This document shows, one piece after another, positions 28,463 through 40,900 of a stretch of 64,000 nt of DNA; position 1 is the first letter of the stretch, and each line of letters begins with the position of its first letter. Location of the stretch: NCBI RefSeq assembly GCF_009914755.1, contig NC_060929.1, one strand, 5' to 3'. Under the pieces are notes generated by a model that was given only the letters and a program-made list of their open reading frames with translations, was not told the DNA's origin and did not search any database. The DNA comes from the human T2T-CHM13v2.0 reference genome, Homo sapiens. Made by a program: the position numbers and the translations under genes.

Positions 28463-30479
28463 GAATTCTCAGTAACTTCCTTGTGTTGTGTGTATTCAAC
28501 TCACAGAGTTGAACGATCCTTTACACAGAGCGGACTTGAAACACTCGTTTTGTGGAATTTGCAAGTGGAGATTTCAGCCGCGTTGAGGTCAATGGTAGAA
28601 AAGGAAATCTCTTCGTATAAAAACTAGACAGAATGATTCTCAGAAACTCCTTTGTGATGTGTGCGTTCAACTCACAGAGTTTAACCTTTGTTTTCATAGA
28701 GCAGTTAGGAAACACTCTGTTTGTAAAGTCTGCAAGTGGATATTCAGACCTCTTTGAGGCCTTCGTTGGAAACGGGTTTTTTTCATATAAGGCTAGACAG
28801 AAGAATTCCCAGTAACTTCCATGTGTTGTGTGTGTTCAACTCACAGAGTTGAACTTTCATTTACACAGAGCAGATTTGATACACTCTTTTTGTGGAATTT
28901 GCAAATGGAGATTTCAAGCGCTTTGAGGCCAAAGGCAGAAAAGGAAATATCTTCGTATAAAAACTAGACAGAATCATTCTCAGAAACTGCTCTGCGATGT
29001 GTGCGTTCAACTCTCAGAGTTTAACTTTTCTTTTCATTCAGCAGTTTGGAAACACTCTGTTTGTAAAGTCTGCACGTGGATAATTTGACCACTTAGAGGT
29101 CTTCGTTGGAAACGGGTTTTTTTCATGTAAGGGTAGACAGAAGAATTCTCAGTAACTTCCTTGTGTTGTGTGTATTCAACTCACAGAGTTGAACGATCCT
29201 TTACACAGAGCAGACTTGTAACACTCTTTTTGTGGAATTTGCAAGTGGAGATTTCAGCCGCTTTGAAGTCAAAGGTAGAAAAGGAAATATCTTCCTATAA
29301 ACACTAGACAGAATGATTCTCAGAAACTCCTTTGTGATGTGTGCGTTCAACTCACAGAGTTTAACCTTTCTTTTCATAGAGCAGTTAGGAAACACTCTGT
29401 TTGTAAAGTCTGCAAGTGGATATTCAGACCTCTTTGGGGCCTTCGTTGGAAACGGGTTTTTTTCATATAAGGCTAGACAGAAGAATTCCCAGTAACTTCC
29501 TTGTGTTGTGTGTGTTCAACTCACAGAGTTGAACTTTCATTTACACAGAGCAGATTTGAAACACTCTTTTTGTGGAATTTGCAAGTGGAGATTTCAAGCG
29601 CTTTGAGGCCAAAGGCAGAAAAGGAAATATATTCGTATAAAAACTAGACAGAATCATTCTCAGAAACTGCTCTGCGATGTGTGCGTTCAACTCTCAGAGT
29701 TTAACTTTTCTTTTCATTCAGCAGTTTGGAAACACTCTGTTTGTAAAGTCTGCACGTGGATATTTTGACCACTTAGAGGCCTTCGTTGGAAACGTGTTTT
29801 TTTCCTGTAAGGCTAGACAGAAGAATTCCCAGTAACTTCCTTGTGTTGTGTACATTCAACTCACAGAGTTGAACGTTCCCTTAGACAGAGCAGATTTGAA
29901 ACACTCTTTTTGTGCAATTGGCAAGTGGAGATTTCAAGCGCTTTAAGGTCAATGGCAGAAAAGGAAATATCTTCGTTTCAAAACTAGACAGAATCATTCC
30001 CACAAACTGCGTTGTGATGTGTTCATTCAACTCACAGAGTTTAACCTTTCTTTTCATAGAGCAGTTAGGAAACAGTCTGTTTGTAAATTCTGTAAGTGGA
30101 TATTCTGACATCTTGTGGCCTTCGTTGGAAACGGGATTTCTTCACATTCTGCTAGACAGAAGAATTCTCAGAATCTTCCTTGTGTTGTGTGTATTCAACT
30201 CACAGAGTTGAACGATCCTTTACACAGAGCAGATTTGAAACACTCTTTTTGTGGAATTTGCAAATGGAGATTTCAAGCGCTTTGAGGCCAAAGGCAGAAA
30301 AGGAAATATCTTCGTATAAAAACTAGACAGAATCATTCTCAGAAACTGCTCTGCGATGTGTGCATGCAACTCTAAGAGTTTAACTTTTCTTTTCATTCAG
30401 CAGTTTGGAAACACTCTGTTTGTAAAGTCTGCACGTGGATAATTTGACCACTTAGAGGCCTTCGTTGGAAACGGGTTTT

Positions 30480-33400
30480 TTTCATGTAAGGCTAGACAGA
30501 AGAATTCTCAGTAACTTCCTTGTGTTGTGTGTATTCAACTCACAGAGTTGAACGATCCTTTACACAGAGCAGACTTGTAACACTCTTTTTGTGGAATTTG
30601 CAAGTGGAGATTTCAGCCGCTTTGAAGTCAAAGGTAGAAAAGGAAATATCTTCCTATAAACACTAGACAGAATGATTCTCAGAAACTCCTTTGTGATGTG
30701 TGCGTTCAACTCACAGAGTTTAACCTTTCTTTTCATAGAGCAGTTAGGAAACACTCTGTTTGTAAAGTCTGCAAGTGGATATTCAGACCTCTTTGAGGCC
30801 TTCGTTGGAAACGGGTTTTTTTCATACTGTGCTAGACAGAAGAATTCTCAGTAACTTCCTTGTGTTGTGTGTATTCAACTCACAGAGTTGAACGATCCTT
30901 TACACAGAGCGGAATTGAAACACTCTTTTTGTGTAATTTGCAAGTGGAGATTTCAGCCGCGTTGAGGTCAATGGTAGAAAAGGAAATCTCTTCGTATAAA
31001 AACTAGACAGAATGATTCTCAGAAACTCCTTTGTGATGTGTGCGCTCAACTCACAGAGTTTAACCTTTCTTTTCATAGAGCAGTTAGGAAACACTCTGTT
31101 TGTAAAGTCTGTAAGTGGATATTCTGACATCTTGTGGCCTTCGTTGGAAACGGGATTTCTTCATATTCTGCTAGACAGAAGAATTCTCACAATCTTCCTT
31201 GTGTTGTGTGTATTCAACTCACAGAGTTGAACGATCCTTTACACAGAGCAGACTTGAAACACTCTGTTTGTGGAATTTGCAAGTGGAGATTTCAGCCGCT
31301 TTGAGGTCAATGGTAGAAAAGGAAATATCTTCCTATAAACACTAGACAGAATGATTTTCAGAAACTCCTTTGTGATGTGTGCCTTCAACTCACAGAGTTT
31401 AACCTTTCTTTTCATAGAGCAGTTAGGAAACACTCTGTTTGTAAAGTCTGCAAGTGGATATTCAGACCTCTTTGAGATCTTCGTTGGAAAGGGGTTTTTT
31501 TCATATAAGGCTAGACAGAAGAATTCCCAGTAACTTCCTTGTGTTGTGTGTGTTCAACTCACAGAGTTGAACTTTCATTTACACAGAGCAGATTTGAAAC
31601 ACTCTTTTTGTGGAATTTGCAAATGGAGATTTCAAGCGCTTTGAGGCCAAAGGCAGAAAAGGAAATATCTTCGTATAAAAACTAGACAGAATCATTCTCA
31701 GAAACTGCTCTGCGATGTGTGCGTTCAACTCTCAGAGTTTAACTTTTCTTTTCATTCAGCAGTTTGGAAACAATCTGTTTGTAAAGTCTGCACGTGGATA
31801 ATTTGACCACTTAGAGACCTTCGTTGGAAACGGGTTTTTTTCATGTAAGGCTAGACAGAAGAATTCTCAGTAACTTCCTTGTGTTGTGTGTATTCAACTC
31901 ACAGAGTTGAACGATCCTTTACACAGAGCAGACTTGTAACACTCTTTTTGTGGAATTTGCAAGTGGAGATTTCAGCCGCTTTGAAGTCAAAGGTAGAAAA
32001 GGAAATATCTTCCTATAAAAACTAGACAGAATGATTCTCAGAAACTCCTTTGTGATGTGTGCCTTCAACTCACAGAGTTTAACCTTTCTTTTCATAGAGC
32101 AGTTAGGAAACACTCTGTTTGTAAAGTCTGCAAGTGGATATTCAGACCTCTTTGAGGCCTTCGTTGGAAACGGGATTTCTTCATACTATGCTAGACAGAA
32201 GAATTCTCAGTAACTTCCTTGTGTTGTGTGTATTCAACTCACAGAGTTGAACGATCCTTTACACAGAGCAGACTTGAAACACTCGTTTTGTGGAATTTGC
32301 AAGTGGAGATTTCAGCCGCTTTGAGGTCAATGGTAGAAAAGGAAATATCTTCGTATAAAAACTAGACAGAATGATTCTCAGAAACGCCTTTGTGATGTGT
32401 GTGTTCAACTCACAGAGTTTAACCTTTCTTTTCATAGAGCAGTTAGGAAACACTCTGTTGGTAAAGTCTGCAAGTGGATATTCAGACCTCTTTGAGGCCT
32501 TCGTTGGAAACGGGTTTTTTTCATATAAGGCTAGACAGAAGAATTCCCAGTAACTTCCTTGTGTGTGTGTGTTCAACTCACAGAGTTGAACTTTCATTTA
32601 CACAGAGCAGATTTGAAACACTCTTTTTGTGGAATTTGCAAATGGGGATTTCAAGCGCTTTGAGGCCAAAGGCAGAAAAGGAAATATCTTCGTATAAAAA
32701 CTAGACAGAATCATTCTCAGAAACTGCTCTGCGATGTGTGCGTTCAACTCTCAGAGTTTAACTTTTCTTTTAATTCAGCAGTTTCGAAACACTCTGTTTG
32801 TAAAGTCTGCACGTGGATATTTTGACCACTTAGAGGCCTTCGTTGTAAACGGGTTTTTTTCCTGTAAGGCTAGACAGAAGAATTCCCAGTAACTTCCTTG
32901 TGTTGTGTACATTCAACTCACAGAGTTTAACGTTCCCTTAGACAGAGCAGATTTGAAACACTCTTTTTGTGCAATTGGCAAGTGGTGATTTCATCCGCTT
33001 TGAGGTCAATGGTAGAAAAGGAAATATCTTCGTATAAAAACTAGACAGAATGATTCTCAGAAACTTCATTGTGATGTGTGCGTTAAACTGACAGAGTTTA
33101 ACCTTTCTTTTCATAGAGCAGTTAGGAAACACTCTGTTTGTAAACTCTGCAATTGGATATTCAGACCTCTTTGAGGCCTTCGTTGGAAACGGGATTTCTT
33201 CATACTGTGCTAGACAGAAGAATTCTCAGAATCTTCCTTGTGTTGTGTGTATTCAACTCACAGAGTTGAACGATCCTTTACACAGAGCAGACTTGAAACA
33301 CTCTTTTTGTGGAATTTGCAAGTGGAGATTTCAGCCGCTTTGAGGTCCATGGTAGAAAAGGAAATATCTTCGTAGAAAAACTAGACAGAATGATTCTCAG

Positions 33401-36400
33401 AAACTTCTTTGTGATGTGTGCGTTCAACTCACAGAGTGTAACCTTTCGTTTCATAGAGCAGTTAGGAAACACTCTGTTTGTAAACTCTGCAAGTGGATAT
33501 TCAGACCTCTTTGAGGCCTTCGTTGGAAACGGGATTTCTTCATATTCTGCTAGACAGAAGAATTCTCAGAATCTTCCTTGTGTTGTGTGTATTCAACTCA
33601 CAGAGTTGAACGATCCTTTACACAGAGCAGACTTGAAACACTCTTTTTGTGGAATTCGCAAGTGGAGATTTCAGCCGCTTTGTGGTCCATGGTAGAAAAG
33701 GAAATATCTTCGTATAAAAACTAGACAGAAGGATTCTCAGAAACTTCTTTGTGATGGGTGCGTTCAACTCACAGAGTTTAAGCTTTCTTTTCATAGAGCA
33801 GTTAGGAAACACTCTGTTTGTAAACTCTGCAAGTGGATATTCAGACCTCTTTGAGGCCTTCGTTGGCAACGGGATTTCTCCATACTGTGCTAGACAGAAG
33901 AATTCTCAGTAACTTCCTTGTGTTGTGTGTGTTCAACTCACAGAGTTGAACTTTCATTTACACAGAGCAGATTTGAAACACTCTTTTTGTGGAATTTGCA
34001 AATGGAGATTTCAAGCGCTTTGAGGCCAAAGGCAGAAAAGGAAATATCTTCGTATAAAAACTAGACAGAATCATTCTCAGAAACTGCTCTGCGATGTGTG
34101 CGTTCAACTCTCAGAGTTTAACTTTTCTTTTCATTCAGCAGTTTGGAAACACTCTGTTTGTAAAGTCTGCACGTGGATAATTTGACCACTTAGAGGCCTT
34201 CGTTGGAAACGGGTTGTTTTCATGTAAGGCTAGACAGAAGAATTCTCAGTAACTTCCTTGTGTTGTGTGTATTCAACTCACAGAGTTGAACGATCCTTTA
34301 CACAGAGCAGACTTGTAACACTCTTTTTGTGGAATTTGCAAGTGGAGATTTCAGCCGCTTTGAAGTCAAAGGTAGAAAAGGAAATATCTTCCTATAAACA
34401 CTAGACAGAATGATTCTCAGAAACTCCTTTGTGATGTGTGCGTTCAACTCACAGAGTTTAACCTTTCTTTTCATAGAGCAGTTAGGAAACACTCTGTTTG
34501 TAAAGTCTGCAAGTGGATATTCAGACCTCTTTGAGGCCTTCGTTGGAAACGGGTTTTTTTCATACTGTGCTAGACAGAAGAATTCTCAGTAACTTCCTTG
34601 TGTTGTGTGTATTCAACTCACAGAGTTGAACGATCCTTTACACAGAGCGGAATTGAAACACTCTTTTTGTGTAATTTGCAAGTGGAGATTTCAGCCGCGT
34701 TGAGGTCAATGGTAGAAAAGGAAATCTCTTCGTATAAAAACTAGACAGAATGATTCTCAGAAACTCCTTTGTGATGTGTGCGCTCAACTCACAGAGTTTA
34801 ACCTTTCTTTTCATAGAGCAGTTAGGAAACACTCTGTTTGTAAAGTCTGTAAGTGGATATTCTGACATCTTGTGGCCTTCGTTGGAAACGGGATTTCTTC
34901 ATATTCTGCTAGACAGAAGAATTCTCACAATCTTCCTTGTGTTGTGTGTATTCAACTCACAGAGTTGAACGATCCTTTACACAGAGCAGACTTGAAACAC
35001 TCTGTTTGTGGAATTTGCAAGTGGAGATTTCAGCCGCTTTGAGGTCAATGGTAGAAAAGGAAATATCTTCCTATAAACACTAGACAGAATGATTCTCAGA
35101 AACTCCTTTGTGATGTGTGCCTTCAACTCACAGAGTTTAACCTTTCTTTTCATAGAGCAGTTAGGAAACACTCTGTTTGTAAAGTCTGCAAGTGGATATT
35201 CAGACCTCTTTGAGATCTTCGTTGGAAAGGGGTTTTTTTCATATAAGGCTAGACAGAAGAATTCCCAGTAACTTCCTTGTGTTGTGTGTGTTCAACTCAC
35301 AGAGTTGAACTTTCATTTACACAGAGCAGATTTGAAACACTCTTTTTGTGGAATTTGCAAATGGAGATTTCAAGCGCTTTGAGGCCAAAGGCAGAAAAGG
35401 AAATATCTTCGTATAAAAACTAGACAGAATCATTCTCAGAAACTGCTCTGCGATGTGTGCGTTCAACTCTCAGAGTTTAACTTTTCTTTTCATTCAGCAG
35501 TTTGGAAACAATCTGTTTGTAAAGTCTGCACGTGGATAATTTGACCACTTAGAGACCTTCGTTGGAAACGGGTTTTTTTCATGTAAGGCTAGACAGAAGA
35601 ATTCTCAGTAACTTCCTTGTGTTGTGTGTATTCAACTCACAGAGTTGAACGATCCTTTACACAGAGCAGACTTGTAACACTCTTTTTGTGGAATTTGCAA
35701 GTGGAGATTTCAGCCGCTTTGAAGTCAAAGGTAGAAAAGGAAATATCTTCCTATAAAAACTAGACAGAATGATTCTCAGAAACTCCTTTGTGATGTGTGC
35801 CTTCAACTCACAGAGTTTAACCTTTCTTTTCATAGAGCAGTTAGGAAACACTCTGTTTGTAAAGTCTGCAAGTGGATATTCAGACCTCTTTGAGGCCTTC
35901 GTTGGAAACGGGATTTCTTCATACTATGCTAGACAGAAGAATTCTCAGTAACTTCCTTGTGTTGTGTGTATTCAACTCACAGAGTTGAACGATCCTTTAC
36001 ACAGAGCAGACTTGAAACACTCGTTTTGTGGAATTTGCAAGTGGAGATTTCAGCCGCTTTGAGGTCAATGGTAGAAAAGGAAATATCTTCGTATAAAAAC
36101 TAGACAGAATGATTCTCAGAAACGCCTTTGTGATGTGTGTGTTCAACTCACAGAGTTTAACCTTTCTTTTCATAGAGCAGTTAGGAAACACTCTGTTGGT
36201 AAAGTCTGCAAGTGGATATTCAGACCTCTTTGAGGCCTTCGTTGGAAACGGGTTTTTTTCATATAAGGCTAGACAGAAGAATTCCCAGTAACTTCCTTGT
36301 GTGTGTGTGTTCAACTCACAGAGTTGAACTTTCATTTACACAGAGCAGATTTGAAACACTCTTTTTGTGGAATTTGCAAATGGGGATTTCAAGCGCTTTG

Positions 36401-37955
36401 AGGCCAAAGGCAGAAAAGGAAATATCTTCGTATAAAAACTAGACAGAATCATTCTCAGAAACTGCTCTGCGATGTGTGCGTTCAACTCTCAGAGTTTAAC
36501 TTTTCTTTTAATTCAGCAGTTTCGAAACACTCTGTTTGTAAAGTCTGCACGTGGATATTTTGACCACTTAGAGGCCTTCGTTGTAAACGGGTTTTTTTCC
36601 TGTAAGGCTAGACAGAAGAATTCCCAGTAACTTCCTTGTGTTGTGTACATTCAACTCACAGAGTTTAACGTTCCCTTAGACAGAGCAGATTTGAAACACT
36701 CTTTTTGTGCAATTGGCAAGTGGTGATTTCATCCGCTTTGAGGTCAATGGTAGAAAAGGAAATATCTTCGTATAAAAACTAGACAGAATGATTCTCAGAA
36801 ACTTCATTGTGATGTGTGCGTTAAACTGACAGAGTTTAACCTTTCTTTTCATAGAGCAGTTAGGAAACACTCTGTTTGTAAACTCTGCAATTGGATATTC
36901 AGACCTCTTTGAGGCCTTCGTTGGAAACGGGATTTCTTCATACTGTGCTAGACAGAAGAATTCTCAGAATCTTCCTTGTGTTGTGTGTATTCAACTCACA
37001 GAGTTGAACGATCCTTTACACAGAGCAGACTTGAAACACTCTTTTTGTGGAATTTGCAAGTGGAGATTTCAGCCGCTTTGAGGTCCATGGTAGAAAAGGA
37101 AATATCTTCGTAGAAAAACTAGACAGAATGATTCTCAGAAACTTCTTTGTGATGTGTGCGTTCAACTCACAGAGTGTAACCTTTCGTTTCATAGAGCAGT
37201 TAGGAAACACTCTGTTTGTAAACTCTGCAAGTGGATATTCAGACCTCTTTGAGGCCTTCGTTGGAAACGGGATTTCTTCATATTCTGCTAGACAGAAGAA
37301 TTCTCAGAATCTTCCTTGTGTTGTGTGTATTCAACTCACAGAGTTGAACGATCCTTTACACAGAGCAGACTTGAAACACTCTTTTTGTGGAATTCGCAAG
37401 TGGAGATTTCAGCCGCTTTGTGGTCCATGGTAGAAAAGGAAATATCTTCGTATAAAAACTAGACAGAAGGATTCTCAGAAACTTCTTTGTGATGGGTGCG
37501 TTCAACTCACAGAGTTTAAGCTTTCTTTTCATAGAGCAGTTAGGAAACACTCTGTTTGTAAACTCTGCAAGTGGATATTCAGACCTCTTTGAGGCCTTCG
37601 TTGGCAACGGGATTTCTCCATACTGTGCTAGACAGAAGAATTCTCAGTAACTTCCTTGTGTTGTGTGTGTTCAACTCACAGAGTTGAACTTTCATTTACA
37701 CAGAGCAGATTTGAAACACTCTTTTTGTGGAATTTGCAAATGGAGATTTCAAGCGCTTTGAGGCCAAAGGCAGAAAAGGAAATATCTTCGTATAAAAACT
37801 AGACAGAATCATTCTCAGAAACTGCTCTGCGATGTGTGCGTTCAACTCTCAGAGTTTAACTTTTCTTTTCATTCAGCAGTTTGGAAACACTCTGTTTGTA
37901 AAGTCTGCACGTGGATAATTTGACCACTTAGAGGCCTTCGTTGGAAACGGGTTGT
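30480..37955 (+). repeat. Tandem duplication of a 3738-bp (22-mer) unit
   Basis: Private variants recur at +3738: GAGATCTTCGTTGGAAAGGGG (~31474/35212), AATGGGGATT (32641/36379), GTGGTGATTTCATCC (~32982/36720), TTGGCAACGGG (~33863/37601). The ORF track repeats at the same offset. Boundaries are approximate. Confidence 0.93.
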
Positions 37956-40900
37956 TTTCATGTAAGGCTAGACAGAAGAATTCTCAGTAACTTCCTTGTG
38001 TTGTGTGTATTCAACTCACAGAGTTGAACGATCCTTTACACAGAGCAGACTTGTAACACTCTTTTTGTGGAATTTGCAAGTGGAGATTTCAGCCGCTTTG
38101 AAGTCAAAGGTAGAAAAGGAAATATCTTCCTATAAACACTAGACAGAATGATTCTCAGAAACTCCTTTGTGATGTGTGCGTTCAGCTCACAGAGTTTAAC
38201 CTTTCTTTTCATAGAGCAGTTAGGAAACACTCTGTTTGTAAAGTCTGCAAGTGGATATTCAGACCTCTTTGAGGCCTTCGTTGGAAACGGGTTTTTTTCA
38301 TATAAGGCTAGACAGAAGAATTCCCAGTAACTTCCTTGTGTTGTGTGTGTTCAACTCACAGAGTTGAACTTTCATTTACACAGAGCAGATTTGAAACACT
38401 CTTTTTGTGGAATTTGCAAGTGGAGATTTCAAGCGCTTTGAGGCCAAAGGCAGAAAAGGAAATATCTTCGTATAAAAACTAGACAGAATCATTCTCAGAA
38501 ACTGCTCTGCGATGTGTGCGTTCAACTCTCAGAGTTTAACTTTTCTTTTCATTCAGCAGTTTGGAAACACTCTGTTTGTAAAGTCTGCACGTGGATATTT
38601 TGACCACTTAGAGGCCTTCGTTGGAAACGGGTTTCTTTCCTGTAAGGCTAGACAGAAGAATTCCCAGTAACTTCCTTGTGTTGTGTACATTCAACTCACA
38701 GAGTTGAACGTTCCCTTAGACAGAGCAGATTTGAAACACTCTTTTTGTGCAATTGGCAAGTGGAGATTTCAAGCGCTTTAAGGTCAATGGCAGAAAAGGA
38801 AATATCTTCGTTTCAAAACTAGACAGAATCATTCCCACAAACTGCGTTGTGATGTGTTCGTTCAACTCACAGTGTTTAACCTTTCTTTTCATAGAGCAGT
38901 TAGGAAACAGTCTGTTTGTAAATTCTGTAAGTGGATATTCTGACATCTTGTGGCCTTCGTTGGAAACGGGATTTCTTCATATTCTGCTAGACAGAAGAAT
39001 TCTCAGAATCTTCCTTGTGTTGTGTGTATTCAACTCACAGAGTTGAACGATCCTTTACACAGAGCAGACTTGAAACACTCTTTTTGTGGAATTTGCAAGT
39101 GGAGATTTCAGCCGCTTTGAGGTCCATGGTAGAAAAGGAAATATCTTCGTATAAAAACTAGACAGAATCATTCTCAGAAACTTCTTTGTGATGTGTGCGT
39201 TCAACTCACAGAGTTTAACCTTTCTTTTCATAGAGCAGTTAGGATACACTCTGTTTGTAAACTCTGCAAGTGGATATTCAGACCTCTTTGAGGCCTTCGT
39301 TGGAAACGGGATTTCTCCATACTATGCTAGACAGAAGAATTCTCAGTAACTTCCTTGTGTTGTGTGTATTCAACTCACAGAGTTGAACTATCCTTTACAC
39401 AGAGCAGACTTGAAACACTCGTTTTGTGGAATTTGCAAGTGGAGATTTCAGCCGCTTTGAGGTCAATGGTAGAAAAGGAAATATCTTCGTATAAAAACTA
39501 GACAGAATGATTCTCAGAAACTCCTTTGTGATGTGTGTGTTCAACTCACAGAGTTTAACCTTTCTTTTCATAGAGCAGTTAGGAAACACTCTGTTTGTAA
39601 AGTCTGCAGGTGGATATTCAGACCTCTTTGAGGCCTTCGTTGGAAACGGGTTTTTTTCATATAAGGCTAGACAGAAGAATTCCCAGTAACTTCCTTGTGT
39701 TGTGTGTGTTCAACTCACAGAGTTGAACTTTCATTTACACAGAGCAGATTTGAAACACTCTTTTTGTGGAATTTGCAAGTGGAGATTTCAAGCGCTTTGT
39801 GGCCAAAGGCAGAAAAGGAAATATCTTCGTATAAAAACTAGACAGAATCATTCTCAGAAACTGCTCTGCGATGTGTGCGTTCAACTCTCAGAGTTTAACT
39901 TTTCTTTTCATTCAGCAGTTTGGAAACACTCTGTTTGTAAAGTCTGCACGTGGATATTTTGACCACTTAGAGGCCTTCGTTGGAAACGGTTTTCTTTCCT
40001 GTAAGGCTAGACAGAAGAATTCCCAGTAACTTCCTTGTGTTGTGTACATTCAACTCACAGAGTTGAACGTTCCCTTAGACAGAGCAGATTTGAAACACTC
40101 TTTTTGTGCAATTGGCAAGTGGAGATTTCAAGCGCTTTAAGGTCAATGGCAGAAAAGGAAATATCTTCGTTTCAAAACTAGACAGAATCATTCCCACAAA
40201 CTGCGTTGTGATGTGTTCGTTCAACTCACAGTGTTTAACCTTTCTTTTCATAGAGCAGTTAGGAAACAGTCTGTTTGTAAATTCTGTAAGTGGATATTCA
40301 GACCTCTTTGAGGCCTTCGTTGGCAACGGGATTTCTCCATACTGTGCTAGACAGAAGAATTCTCAGTAACTTCCTTGTGTTGTGTGTGTTCAACTCACAG
40401 AGTTGAAATTTCATTTACACAGAGCAGATTTGAAACACTCTTTTTGTGGAAATTGCAAATGGAGATTTCAAGCGCTTTGAGGCCAAAGGCAGAAAAAGAA
40501 ATATCTTCGTATAAAAATTGGACAGAATCATTCTCAGAAACTGCTCTGCGATGTGTGCGTTCAACTCTCAGAGTTTAACTTTTCTTTTCATTCAGCAGTT
40601 TGGAAACACTCTGTTTGTAAAGTCTGCACGTGGATAATTTGACCACTTAGAGGCCTTCGTTGGAAACGGGTTGTTTTAATGTAAGGCTAGACAGAAGAAT
40701 TCTCAGTAACTTCCTTGTCTTGTGTGTATTCAACTCACAGAGTTGAACGATCCTTTACACAGAGCAGACTTGTAACACTCTTTTTGTGGAATTTGCAAGT
40801 GGAGATTTCAGCCGCTTTGAAGTCAAAGGTAGAAAAGGAAATATCTTCCTATAAAAACTAGACAGAATGATTCTCAGAAACTCCTTTGTGATGTGTGCGT

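Larger units (their letters stand above)
1..30200 (+). repeat. Homogeneous HOR domain with 18/16/20/14/24-mer structural variants
   Basis: A distinctive 339-bp dimer (GTGCAATTGGCAAG...TTCCCACAAACTGCGTTG...CTGACATCTTGTGGCC) recurs at 4, 3063, 5782, 8841, 11560, 14619, 18018, 20737, 23455, 25833 and 29912. Spacings are 3059, 2719, 3059, 2719, 3059, 3399, 2719, 2718, 2378 and 4079 bp, all near multiples of 340. Confidence 0.93.

Noticed and set aside
1-30200. Functional kinetochore (CENP-A) domain
   Set aside because: Kinetochore position is epigenetic. Intact CENP-B boxes are not sufficient evidence, and this segment lies near the array edge.
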